Source: Macrostomum hystrix (Eukaryota; Animalia; Platyhelminthes). From it: 64,000 bases of DNA. Below the pieces are notes generated by a model that made no database searches, was not told the DNA's origin, and saw only the letters and a list, made by a program, of their open reading frames with translations. The stretch spans positions 3,720,001 through 3,784,000 of the forward strand of contig CATNEN010000029.1 in assembly GCA_950097015.1 (NCBI GenBank), read 5' to 3'. Below, one piece after another: positions 36,712-48,032 of this stretch. Both the position numbers and the translations under genes were made by a program. The first letter of the stretch is position 1. The number at the start of each line of letters is the position of its first letter.

Positions 36712-37015
36712 TGTCGTTTGTGACAATAATTTCAAAGTTAGGTTAGTTGAAGTAGAAGGCTGTAGTTGATCGTTATTAACAGAGTTTATTTGTAGATTAT
36801 TAAACGGTTGAACGGATCGTGAGAGCATAGCGCATTTGTCTCTTGAATATAATTTAGGGGTTTTGAACCTAGACAATACTGTACTGGGCTAAAGAAAGCA
36901 TTCTAGAATATTCTAGAATGGTGTTGCTATTTTTAGAAGCGTGCGCATCAACTGGGGAAGGAAAGCTAGGCAAACGATAAGGGCGGTTTTATGGAGGTTC
37001 AGTCTGAACCCGACA
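36712..37015 (-). repeat. 5' LTR
   Basis: TG...CA ends with 5-bp terminal inverted repeats, followed by the PBS on the minus strand; AATAAA on the minus strand at 36785-36790. Confidence 0.95.
36900..36919. promoter_or_regulatory. Perfect four-unit heat-shock element in the LTR (second copy at 30148-30167)
   Basis: ATTCT AGAAT ATTCT AGAAT = nTTCn nGAAn nTTCn nGAAn, the canonical HSF-binding array. Confidence 0.7.
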
Positions 37016-39079
37016 GTAGCAAATCTGACGCGTCACAAGGTAGTAGCTGATTGAAAAGAATGGTAGCAAATCTGAAGCGTCACATTTTCAGATAATTTGC
37101 TTATTGTACTCTTGAATTAAAGCGGATGCTTTTAGGGCTACATGTATTTATCTTTGTGACACTTTTTAGGTGCGCATGCTGAGGCCAAGATGGTTAGGAT
37201 TAGGGTTAGGGGGGTTTATAGCTGCGTCACGCTCAAATTTGTTTCATTCTCGTAGGACACACTGCGTCATTTCTTGCGTCATGATTTTAAACTTTCCGTC
37301 GCGTCAGATTATTGATTTTTCGCCATTTTTAAGTACCTGATCCTAGCAGTTTGATTCTCACTCGGCTCGAGCAGTTATTACAAGGCACTGAGTCCTGGTT
37401 TTTACTGGGCTTCTAGAGTTGTCACTGCCAACTAACGGACTCTTGCATATGTCTCACTGCTCTATTATTTGCATTAATTGTATTTATACAAAAGCAGGTT
37501 GCAAATTTTGCACGATCGTAAGGTCTGAGCTATTTCCCATCTGAGCTATCGTCTATTTATAGATGTAGGAGAGCTAACATTTTGAACAACAATTTAACAA
37601 TTTAACAACAATTTAACATCACAAATTTAATATAATGCAATACTTCGCATAATACGACAAGCACATTAATATGAAAAAATATTGGTACCACTTTTAATAC
37701 AGTTTGATATTTTATAATATTTTTATAATTAAAACAACTTGTGCACGAATACAGTATAATGATATATTGTGATATAATGCGATATTACTTGTATATTAAT
37801 TATGACAACTTTGGTGATTATGCAAATTTATTAATTTGGAGGCCTATTACACAAAATGTTTCTCTTTTTTAATTCAATTCTGTCCCTTTTTAGGGGGACA
37901 TAATCCTCACTTTTTACACTGTGCAAAAGCTTACAAAAACCTATGTATTGGCAGACTGCATGTTTGACGCTATTTGCACTAGTATTAGGTGCGTCTGCAC
38001 GGGTGTCTTCAATAACAAATCAGTATTTCTTCAAAATGAGAAGATATGAGAAGATATGAGAAGTATTTTCTAATGAGATAACAAACAGCGATTCCTATTG
38101 AAATTGCTTATTGATTGTCAAATAGTCTCATCGAGTCATTGAAGCCTCTGTGTTTTTTGTTTAATGTGTATTTCAGCTTTTAACTCGCGCATGCGAAAAT
38201 AAGACGCTTTTTACTCGATAAAATACGCAATATAGTAAAACAATATTGGCGTTTGGCGTTCGTTCGTTGAAAAGTCGCACAAGTAGTTATTTGTTTTTTC
38301 TCCAAGTGCACACTATCATGAAAGTTCACAGCATATATAATAAAAGTCTAGATGGGTCACTGCATCAAAATAGTTCATGCCTACTCATAGCAGAGCTGTG
38401 AAAGTTCCAACACAAGAAGGTTCGCGGGAGTGTTTTCAGCACCAATGTTGGTCTCAGGCAATCGGGGACGCGAACATCATAATACCGAGTTTGTTTTTAT
38501 TCCCCTTTGATTCCATATGTAACTGAATCATGTACTACACCTTCTGAGTTAGGCATGTGATCGACGCAGCGACTCGTATAGACTTTCTAATATTGGTATA
38601 ATTGGTATAATAAATTCTACAAAAGTTTATCTAATTGATCGTATAAGCTTTTACTGACAGTTTATTGAAAGCTTGTTTACTTTTAAGAGATATGCGCGTT
38701 GCTTTTCTGCTTGGCGTGCAGCAAAAAAACTGAAATTAAAGAAAATTTACTATGATAAAGGGTTCTGGAGATCAAGTGGAGTTCACATTGCCCCTTCACC
38801 TACAAAAAACGATTTACGAGCAAAAATGAATGTGTACCAGTCTGTGAAAAAAATCTAAAAGACAATAGACATAGCCATAGCTTTTTAATTCCCATATATC
38901 ATCACTCCTAACTCACTCTTAATTCATTCACCCACGAACTCATTTGCACTCATACTCGTGAACGCATGAACTCGCACAATTACTCACGAGCTCACTAACT
39001 CAAATCACCCACCTATTTTTAGGATTTAGAATTTTAACATTTATTTTAGCAATGCTTAAAAGTGTGGATAAACGAACAT

Positions 39080-41572
39080 TTAAAAAAATCCCGAGAAACC
39101 TGTCATAACGAGGTTAAAGTCTATCTTGTCAGTATCTTTATCGGGGGTGAACAAAGGCAGGTCGTCCCTGACCAAGACACTGACAAAGCACCCACATAAG
39201 AGAAGCGGCAGTGTGAAGCAAAGGTGCAGAGCCAAGCAGAACCACAGGACGCTTAGGGGATGCAGCAGAGAGTGGCACGGCACTGCTATTGCTGTCGAAA
39301 AGAAGTCAAAAAGACGGCGGCAGCGGCCTGTCGTGGACAGAAAGTCGATGGCAGATGCTTTGGCAATGCGAAGCGAGTCGACTGCAGTGTCATTAATGAC
39401 ATGTTTCTCATAATGCTTTATCGCTGCACTGATCCACATTTTCTTATTCAAGGCAAACTTGTTGAACTGATCCACTACAGAAGCCAAGCGCGTTGCCAAG
39501 GCGGATATATTCTTCTTTCTTTCCAAAGCGGCTAATAAATCGGCGAATTCAGTGCTGGTCTGATGCAGATGGGTCAGAAAACCTAAAGTAGAGTTTATCC
39601 TGTGCAGGTTGTCTTCAACGAGTCTGCGATCCGGTCCACGTCTTGTCCAGTTCAACATAGAAATTTCTTCCCTGCGCACAAGTAGAAGCTGTTTAACTAT
39701 CTGTCCACTGTGCTCTAGTATCTGATTTCGAATTTTCTCGCTGATCTGCGCAAAGTTAAGCTGATCGAATTTCCGAGTGATTGAAGCTAGCTTCTTAAGA
39801 TTCGCACTCTGACGAGCGTCGTATAATATAGAAATATTTGCGCTTTCCAGTTCTCTTTGCAATACAACTTTACCGTCTTGCTTGAATCTCTGTGCCTTTT
39901 CTGTGCTTTGTTGGCTGACCGAATCCACGTTAATAAAGTGAACAGCACCCAGTGCTTCTAGAAGGGGTTCGTCAGCACGACAGCCGTCGGAAATGCCGCT
40001 TACGAGACGCCTAATAGCCCTAACAGGAAGTCGCTGGCTTCTAATTTGCCTCAATACTTTGTTCACTTCTGGTACCAGGTAATTGTCTGCTGAAGAATTT
40101 CCTGTTACTTGTTTCAACTCAACGTCAATCTCCAAGTAACGACAGAACTGAGTTTGTGCATAGCTGGCCAAACTAAAGATAAGCAGCGACAACAGGAGGC
40201 AAACAGCGCACGCCATGTACCCAGCAGTCAGCCATGGCCGGAGTCGGCTAATTAGACGCGTCGTTCGCGCAGGCATAAGAATGACTATCGTAAATCCAAA
40301 TGTCAAAAAGGTAGCCACAATTATGACTGGCACCAGAATAATCGTCACTGCACCAAAGCGCACGCTTTCAAATCGAGTCAAAAGTTTGCGGCTTGAGCGT
40401 CCCATTGTTCTTGACATATTGCTAAGAGCCTGTCGAGCTGGTCGGATGACCTGAGACTCGAGATCCAATAGACGAGAATTGAACCCATCCAGCACAAATT
40501 TTGTCGCGTTCACATCCCGATCGAATGCGCTAGTGATCTTGCGGTCGAGTGAGCGACTTAGACTTAGCCTGTAGTCTCTATCAGCAGCAATTTTTTCAGG
40601 ACCATTATTAAAAGCGCTCAATGTGCTGAAAAAGTTTTGTGTTCTTTTTATTGCTTGTTTAGTACCTAAAATATTGTCATTTTCGATTCTGCTCCAACTA
40701 TTTATTACATAGCTAATTCTCTGATTAGCGTCGTCCACTTTGACGCGATGCCGTTCGCAGGCTTCAGAATGCTTCGTAGCCAAGCAGATCTCGTGATGAA
40801 ACTGGATCTGCGCTGTTTTTCTTCGTAAGTTCTCCAGCGTCGCTTTCAGTTCCATGAGTTTATTTCCGAAACTTGAACCTGCAGCATAGAATATGTCAAC
40901 AATTTCCATTAAATTTCTACTGCCTTCAAGCATCTCCCTGGCGCCTATCTCCGTTTGAAACGCTTGCCGATATTTTTTCTGGGATTTCTGTCGAAGTTCC
41001 TCCGTCATTTGGAGCGTTCGTGTGATGACTGGGCGCATTTCAGTTCGCGCGTTCGGCACAATCGATTCAAGAAACGAATCCAGCAGCTGAAAGGATTGGT
41101 CAACACCTTTATAGAGGGAGTTGCTCGATTGACTTCGACCATCCACATACATTCGGACGTTGGTGATCATAGCAGTAACTAAGAAGGCAAAGGACAGAAA
41201 CAGAAGTACCAAGCTAAAAACTCGCAACGAGTTAAAGCCGAGTCTCAAAGGTCGTCGATAGAAGACGAATTTCTGACGGCGAAGCTTAAACGAAGCTTGA
41301 ATGTGCTTATGGCAGCAGATAAAAGCTGGTAGGCAAGCCAATAGACAGATAGCTAGAAGACATGACGCAATCAACACAAACAAACTTCCATTAGAAAGTA
41401 TTGTCTCCTGAGCATGCGATACAAGAAGCCGCCTCTCGATAGTTTTATTAGCGTAAAGCTGTTGCAGCATGGAGTGCTTTTGTATTAAGTGGAAAACCCC
41501 TCCGTCCACCGGATGTCCGATGTCCAAAAGCGCTAGTGCTGCCTGTCGCAGCGGCGACATATTAAACGCCAT
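39080..41572 (-). CDS. Intronless prominin-like 5-TM glycoprotein (830 aa)
   Basis: Five hydrophobic segments in a 2+2+1 layout with two large helical loops; Cys cluster after TM1; CRRLFDFFSTAIAVPCHSLLHPLSVLWFCL resembles the prominin pre-TM5 motif C.P...y......C.....P.N.fW. Confidence 0.75.
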   Translation of the reverse strand: MAFNMSPLRQAALALLDIGHPVDGGVFHLIQKHSMLQQLYANKTIERRLLVSHAQETILSNGSLFVLIASCLLAICLLACLPAFICCHKHIQASFKLRRQKFVFYRRPLRLGFNSLRVFSLVLLFLSFAFLVTAMITNVRMYVDGRSQSSNSLYKGVDQSFQLLDSFLESIVPNARTEMRPVITRTLQMTEELRQKSQKKYRQAFQTEIGAREMLEGSRNLMEIVDIFYAAGSSFGNKLMELKATLENLRRKTAQIQFHHEICLATKHSEACERHRVKVDDANQRISYVINSWSRIENDNILGTKQAIKRTQNFFSTLSAFNNGPEKIAADRDYRLSLSRSLDRKITSAFDRDVNATKFVLDGFNSRLLDLESQVIRPARQALSNMSRTMGRSSRKLLTRFESVRFGAVTIILVPVIIVATFLTFGFTIVILMPARTTRLISRLRPWLTAGYMACAVCLLLSLLIFSLASYAQTQFCRYLEIDVELKQVTGNSSADNYLVPEVNKVLRQIRSQRLPVRAIRRLVSGISDGCRADEPLLEALGAVHFINVDSVSQQSTEKAQRFKQDGKVVLQRELESANISILYDARQSANLKKLASITRKFDQLNFAQISEKIRNQILEHSGQIVKQLLLVRREEISMLNWTRRGPDRRLVEDNLHRINSTLGFLTHLHQTSTEFADLLAALERKKNISALATRLASVVDQFNKFALNKKMWISAAIKHYEKHVINDTAVDSLRIAKASAIDFLSTTGRCRRLFDFFSTAIAVPCHSLLHPLSVLWFCLALHLCFTLPLLLCGCFVSVLVRDDLPLFTPDKDTDKIDFNLVMTGFSGFF

Positions 41573-44382
41573 ACAACTCTTCGATAAGTGATTGATCTTT
41601 GATTATTGATCGCAGAGACTGAAATGAAGAGCAGGAAAACTTTGATATGCGCTTCCATCTCCAAAAGTATTTTTCACTGATAGTCTATCTGTAAGCTGTC
41701 GTTATTAAATGTACCATGTTAGTATTTTTTACGTCTATTTTTTCTACTGCTGATTCCTCCTATGCTAGGCATGCCATAGCTTTACAACCCAATCCAGAAT
41801 ATTTTACAACAATCGTCTGACCTTGATATGCTAATAAACAATCGTATATTCTCTTACGAATATAATATGTTCTGTGGGTGGCTAGGCTTTAATTAACGCC
41901 CTTAATTATACAATCTATACCTTTCTTAAGTGGGAAGTGAAGCTGCTTATCTTCGCATTCAACGAAGATACGAATTGGCTTGTGGTGTTTGTATGCTGGG
42001 AACGATAACGTGCCGAGCCAGCTCACTTGACTTGGGTCTTTATAAAGAACTTTTTTATTGTAAAAATATGATTTAGAGTGTTAGACCCTAGGGCTATAGA
42101 AATTGGGTGTTGGGTCTGACTGCCCAAACTCCCGATGCCAACTATGCACAAACGAAAAGCAAACGGCGCAGAGCACACGCACTGAAACACTCAGCCAATC
42201 AGCGTAAAGAAAAAATTTAATAACAAAAACGTCACAATGTCCCAAGAAACGAACCAAGACAGCTCATAGATGCTTCTGGCTGTGGAGTAATCACTACTCA
42301 CCGAAGTCCCACTGAGACTGCTTCGTATCGAGATTACGAGTAGCACGATTAATCGAAATCTCGGCGCTAAGGTTTCATAGTCTCCAACATATACGGTTTG
42401 AAAGCGGATCAGTTCATTTACGCTCTGCATGTTACAGTCATCATGAGCTTGATCTTACCGTCTCGAATTCAACGATGATCGGAGATCGGTGATCGGAGGC
42501 TTGCGCTGCAAATAGTATTTTGCTATGCAGTGAAAACTTGGTGGTTAAACTGACGGTCCGTTTTACTTCATTTTTTATCTTTGCCAAGGCCAACTACGTG
42601 CTATATAGTAGCAAGTGAATGAGCTGGCCTGAGCGGAGAGTATAGAGCCACGATCGAATATTTTGATAATCTACCATTGTATCGAATTTGCCTTGATAGA
42701 GTTATGGCGGCTTTCTGCACAAGTTTTAGCCAAACGTGAAAGGCGATGATGGGTACATATTAAAGCTAGCAGAGAGGAAAGCTGATACTGAAACGGGTTA
42801 TTAGCACGAGTAGCATTTTATATGCTTACGAACTGATTCCGATTTTATAAAATCAGTCAAGTTACAAGTTGTAAGGTTACATTTCAGTCAGCAGGTGTGC
42901 TGTCCCATCGTAAAGCTGACAATGTATATATAGATGCAACTCCTGAAATATTAGAGGAGCAGGCTAGGGCAGGGCAGCCATAATGGTGTGGGCGTTTTCC
43001 GTTTAAAATAGCTCAAGCAACGCCTTCAAAATAAGTGTTTTGCTCGACATTAAACATACTCGTAGATTTTTACCCTCACTTTAATTATACAGTTAACCGC
43101 GACGCGATGCAAAGAAAATTTGGTGCTAAATTGTAACCGTTTCTGCAAATCGCAGGAATTGCATACATTAAGTCAACCTGCCGTAGGGGGCCTGCCAATA
43201 TTTTGGAATGCTGATGCGTTCAAATAGATACAGTACAAGCCTTGTAGCTTTGTAGGTAATCTCCCTGAATGACTGCTTTTTTTCAATTCTGAGCAGATTT
43301 ACGATAACTGAGTTAAAACTGTGGCGATAGACCATGTGGCAAATTAATGGCAGGCACAGCTGGACGGTGTGTGAGCTTAGTGTCTCTTATGTTTATTGCT
43401 AATTGCATCAAAACGGCAGCCTTTCTACATTTTTTCTACACATTTCTCTGGCCGACTGTTTCATTTTATGTAGGCTGTTCGATCTAGCAAAAGCACGGTT
43501 GATCAAATAGAATTATTCCATCTGTAGGCAAGATGAGAACAGATGCTAGTTGCTTTCATGAGAATGCTTACCATACACTACAGCTTGATGAATATTTTTG
43601 TGCGTTTTTCGTGCTTCGCTGCGTATTTCATCACAGAAGAGAATAATTTTTAAACCGCCTTTCAGCCTGCGCTTCTTTATTGACTCCATGACTAGGCGCT
43701 AGAACTCAAAACCGCTAACATTTTCTAACGATCTTGCACTTTTTGGAATGCCTTTTTGAAATAAGCCACGCCTCTGCATAGCAGTCTCTATTTTCCTAAT
43801 AAGATTGAATGATACGCACACATGATGCAACGCAGCGGGTAAAGATGTTAGCTCGCTGCCTGGCGCCTCAAATCCAATGACAACTGAGCTGCTCGAGAAA
43901 CGGGAAGGAAAACATCCCGGGGCAAAAAAGATAAATTAGGCCACGGTCCGTAATCCAGGATAGATCTCGCATCTCAGATTTATTTGCTCATTTTTTTTAT
44001 TCCCGGCTTTATCTCTTGTCCAGAGCGAAGAAATTCTTGAGACTTAAGGCACAAAGCTTTTTATAGTGCGCTCCAGCTGCGAGAGCAAAGCCTAGCCAGC
44101 CCGCCGTGAAACACGTAGCAGTGACAGTGAATCGCCAGTCATACTGAGCGAGACTTTGGTCTGTAATTGACGCCAGAGTTGAGTTTAACAGTCCTGGCTC
44201 GAGGAGGAGGCGCCGGCGGTCGAATCCGCTTCCGGGCGGCCAAGTCTGGGCATGCAACAGACCTGCAGGAGGAGCTGGTGCGCCGGCGCAACACCACCCG
44301 ACTGGCTGCTCTAAACAGCGGCTGCTTTTACAAGAGCACAAATTTGTATTGCCCAAACAGGTTAACAGACTTCTACTGTGTC

Positions 44383-45900
44383 ATGTGGACCGAAATGCAA
44401 GACGAGACGCAACTGTCGGCAACAGGTAATGAATTGCCAATGCATGAGTATAAAATTGAGAACAAAACTACAATACGCTCGTAGCTACACCTCAGTATGC
44501 GGATTGAGTTACAAGCCTGGGTAGTTCTTAGCCATAGTATTAGCATATGCAAGCCGAAATATAAAGAAGGAAGGCTGTAACTTGTTATCCAAACTAACTC
44601 CCACTCTACAGTTGGAAACGTCACGGACATTACTGTGGGAGCCCTGCTGTCTGATTCTGCGATGCCGCCACCGCCGCCATCGCAGACCACAGGCCAGGAG
44701 GTTCTGGAATGCCCCGGCGATTTCATCAGCGACCAGCAGAATTTTGTTTATTCTGCTCTGCCTCTTCTTCTCTTGCTGACAGGAACTCTCTGCAACATCG
44801 CTACTTGCCGGCTGATGATCCGCTACGCGTCCTTGCAGCTCCCAATCTGCTATTATACCTTAGCACTCACAGTCTTGGATACGTTTTTGCTCCACTTTCG
44901 CTTCCTTGATCTCTGGATGCTGTCAGCATTTGATCTTAAGTTAGCGCTCTCTCTTCTTGTTCTAGACGAGTCCACATGTCAGCTATTAACGATGCTGTAC
45001 TCAAGCTTGCTCCATCTGAAGTCGCTCTTGCAGACAGCGATGGCATTCGACACTCGGCGACTGCTACTGAAGCCATTTAGCGTCACCGAGCCAGGTGCCA
45101 CTGAGCGAGTGAAGCATGGGGCACTTCTAGCGGTTGTTCTAGCTGCGCTGATAAACGCCCATTTTCCTTGGACCCTGACTGTTGACAGGGGTAGCGCTTT
45201 GAACGATCAGGACAGGGTGTATCACTGCGGCTGGACTCGGCGCTGGCCCATTACGGAAGAGTTTACGGACTGGGTGTGGCCAACAGTCGACCTGATATGC
45301 GGTGACCTTTTGCCAGCCGCTGCAGTTGCCTGCGCCTGCGCTGCAAAAATATCTGCGATGCGAGGCCGGCCGATAGAATGCCGACGCTGCCTCGAGTATA
45401 GAATCATCCGAGTGGATTTGTTCGATCGAATGCGATCGGCTCTACTAGTCTGTTGCCTTCTACACTCAGTGCTAAGCGCCCCAGTGGTGCTACACAACTG
45501 TCTGATGTACGCTCGATTTCTGTTAGCTGGTGGCAGCCAGTCAGCGCAAGGGCCATCATCAAATCAGCCACCTGAGATTTACCGACCAGCTGACGAACAG
45601 GCGTTGGTGCACTTTTCCAGAATTTGCCATGGCCTTCAACTTTTTGTTAATTTTCCGGTTCTGGTCGTCCTGATACCAAAGTTCCGACACGACGCAATCC
45701 GTTTTTATAGCCACGGCATCCATGCACTCAAGGGTGCTGCTCTCTCTACAGCTAACTTAGTTCTGCAAACTTGGCAGCATCCAAAACAACAGGGGACAGC
45801 GGCAACTGCTGCAAAAAGACAATGCCGCCCAAATGGAAGCGAAAACATTGGCAAAACGCACAACAGGATGCGATATGATCTGCCGCTAACAGCTGTTTGA
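44383..45900 (+). CDS. Class A (rhodopsin-like) orphan peptide-type GPCR; exons 44383-44425 and 44612-45900
   Basis: Seven TM segments: GTLCN (TM1), LALTVLD (TM2), TM3 Cys, MAFDTR, VWPTVDLICGDLLP, VNFPVLVVLIPKFR. A short first exon (MWTEMQDETQLSAT, phase-1 GT donor) joins in frame at the CTACAG acceptor. Confidence 0.85.
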
Positions 45901-48032
45901 TTTTAGTATACGATATCATCCACTGGATGCCGTTACAATCAAAAAGAGGGTGACACTTTTCGAGTGAATTATAATTAAAAGTCCAGCTTGCTTACTTTTT
46001 CTTACTTGTCATGTAACTATATATACGTATTGGATAATTAGTGCTTAGAGACTTCGTTGGTAGTCTAGAAAGTGTGATATAACAGTGATATTTAGCCGAA
46101 AACAATTGCCTAAATTAAGAAGCATCGTACGTAGCTCTTGAATTCATAATTAAATAGCTCGTACGCTCGTAGCTTGAAAAATACTTATGAATTGTATCAT
46201 TTAAAACTTCAATCTGATTGACTAACTTCATCGTTCAAAATAAAATTTTACTCTCCATTATTTGCAGTTTTTTTACAAGGAAAGTTCGGCAGTATTGTTG
46301 GGGATACCAACCCCGGGGAATTCTCTGCCAGAATGAGTCCGAGGCTTTGTCCCGAGTTTTTTTTCCGGAATCCCCGAGTGAAAAGTGCATATACATATGT
46401 ATAAAATTAAGCATTTTTTGTTTATATTATTAATATTTCTTTCTTATTTCTTCACTAAAAGAGTTAGTGCTTCCAGTGGTCGCTTCCCTCCCTCGCCGCA
46501 GTCTCTCAAATTTCTAAGCAATGGCTCTTTGTGGCGTGAAGCGGACGCCAGCATCAATGAGCCGACGCGCCATTTAAGCTGCTTCCCTGCGGACAAAAAT
46601 ATTCAACGGGGGAGCTTCGAGAAAGACATTGAGGCCGTTATTAGAAACAGACGGTGGGGCGCTCATTATCATGCGCGCCCTTGCGTTCGCCTCGAGGCAG
46701 GACTTCATCTGCAATGAAGTCGCTGCACAACTGTGCAGCGACTCTGTGAAAACTGCAACAAAGTTTTAAGAGTTGTTTATTTTACAGGCGAAATTTATTT
46801 AAAGAGTTTGCCACTTTGGAGTCGATTCGATGATTAGAAAGTTATTATTTGTTAATTTTCGAATATCGAATCGATCTGAATTTATGGCTCGGGAAATGCC
46901 ATTCTAGGAAACGGCCCGTCTCAGGGTTTTACTGACTCTACTGACTTGTACAGCTACTGTTCACACTTTTAAACGTGTTTATAAGTGTATAACTTTTACT
47001 AATCAGTTTTTTCGCATGAAATTACTAGCAACTAAAGTAGGTCTATAGATAGTAAACTAGACGACTATAGTTAATAAAGTCTAGTCAGTTAGTCAAGCGC
47101 TATAGTCTAGTCTAGTCCATAAAATATAACCTAAGCCTATTTTGTCTGATAGCTAAATTAATTGCAATGAGTAGTAGCTTTTTATGTCAGTAAACCTTAT
47201 AATTATAACTTTAATTTTATGTTTAAGTATTTCTATCATTTAGCTAGTTAGTCATTTGTCTTTTTGGATGCTTTCCTTTGATCCATGATAATTGGCTACC
47301 ATAACCAACTTCATTAATACATATGGTCATAGACAATATCAAATTAAGTACCACAATTTGATTACCAACATAAATACTAGACCAATATACTAGTTTAATA
47401 TGAATGATGCATACCCTCTAACTGTAAATATGAATTTTAAGCTAGTTAGCTAGATTAAAGTGGACAAAATTATACTGACCTTAGTCAGGCTAGGCCCTAG
47501 TCATATTTTACCTGGTCTAGTCTTTCTTATTCGGCTAAATTTACAGCCTTTAAAGTGTAAAGCTCTAATGACTGACTACTTTGCTAACAAGTACAAATCT
47601 ATAACTATATATAGGAAAGCTGACTTCCCATAACCAGATCCTTAACTTTTGCTTTTCAAGAAAGCTCAACAATCCAGTTCTTTTGCTTTGGCTTTAGTAG
47701 AATTTTTAATCCCATGTCAGATAGATTTATTATTACTAGTGCTGTAGCAATGCAAGGTGCACATATATATTTTTACTTATAGTCCAACAATTCCTAGAAT
47801 AAATTTTTGTTAATTTAAACCAAAATATATTCTGATCAGATCCAATACTTTCATGGGTTTTAAAAGCTCTCATTAGTTTATTTATTCTTTAGAAATTGAA
47901 TTTAGTATGCCAGTTTGGTTAGAACAAGTGTTACATAAAAAACTTCTTTTTAATTAGAGTTTGCTCCATAGAAGTAGAATAAAGTCGCTACAATGCACAG
48001 GCAACCTCATTTCCAGCTCAGACTTGGCAGCC

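Larger units (their letters stand above)
29960..37015 (-). mobile_element. BEL/Pao-family LTR retrotransposon, apparently intact and recent
   Basis: Identical 304-bp LTRs with TGTCG...CGACA ends, a 5-bp TSD (GTAGC), a PBS and a single gag-pol ORF with BEL domain order. Confidence 0.95.

Noticed and set aside
44009-44356. 115-aa minus-strand ORF upstream of the GPCR
   Set aside because: No domain signal; probably antisense to the GPCR 5' region.
46385-46717. 110-aa plus-strand ORF
   Set aside because: No recognisable motif and no convincing splice partners; left unannotated.
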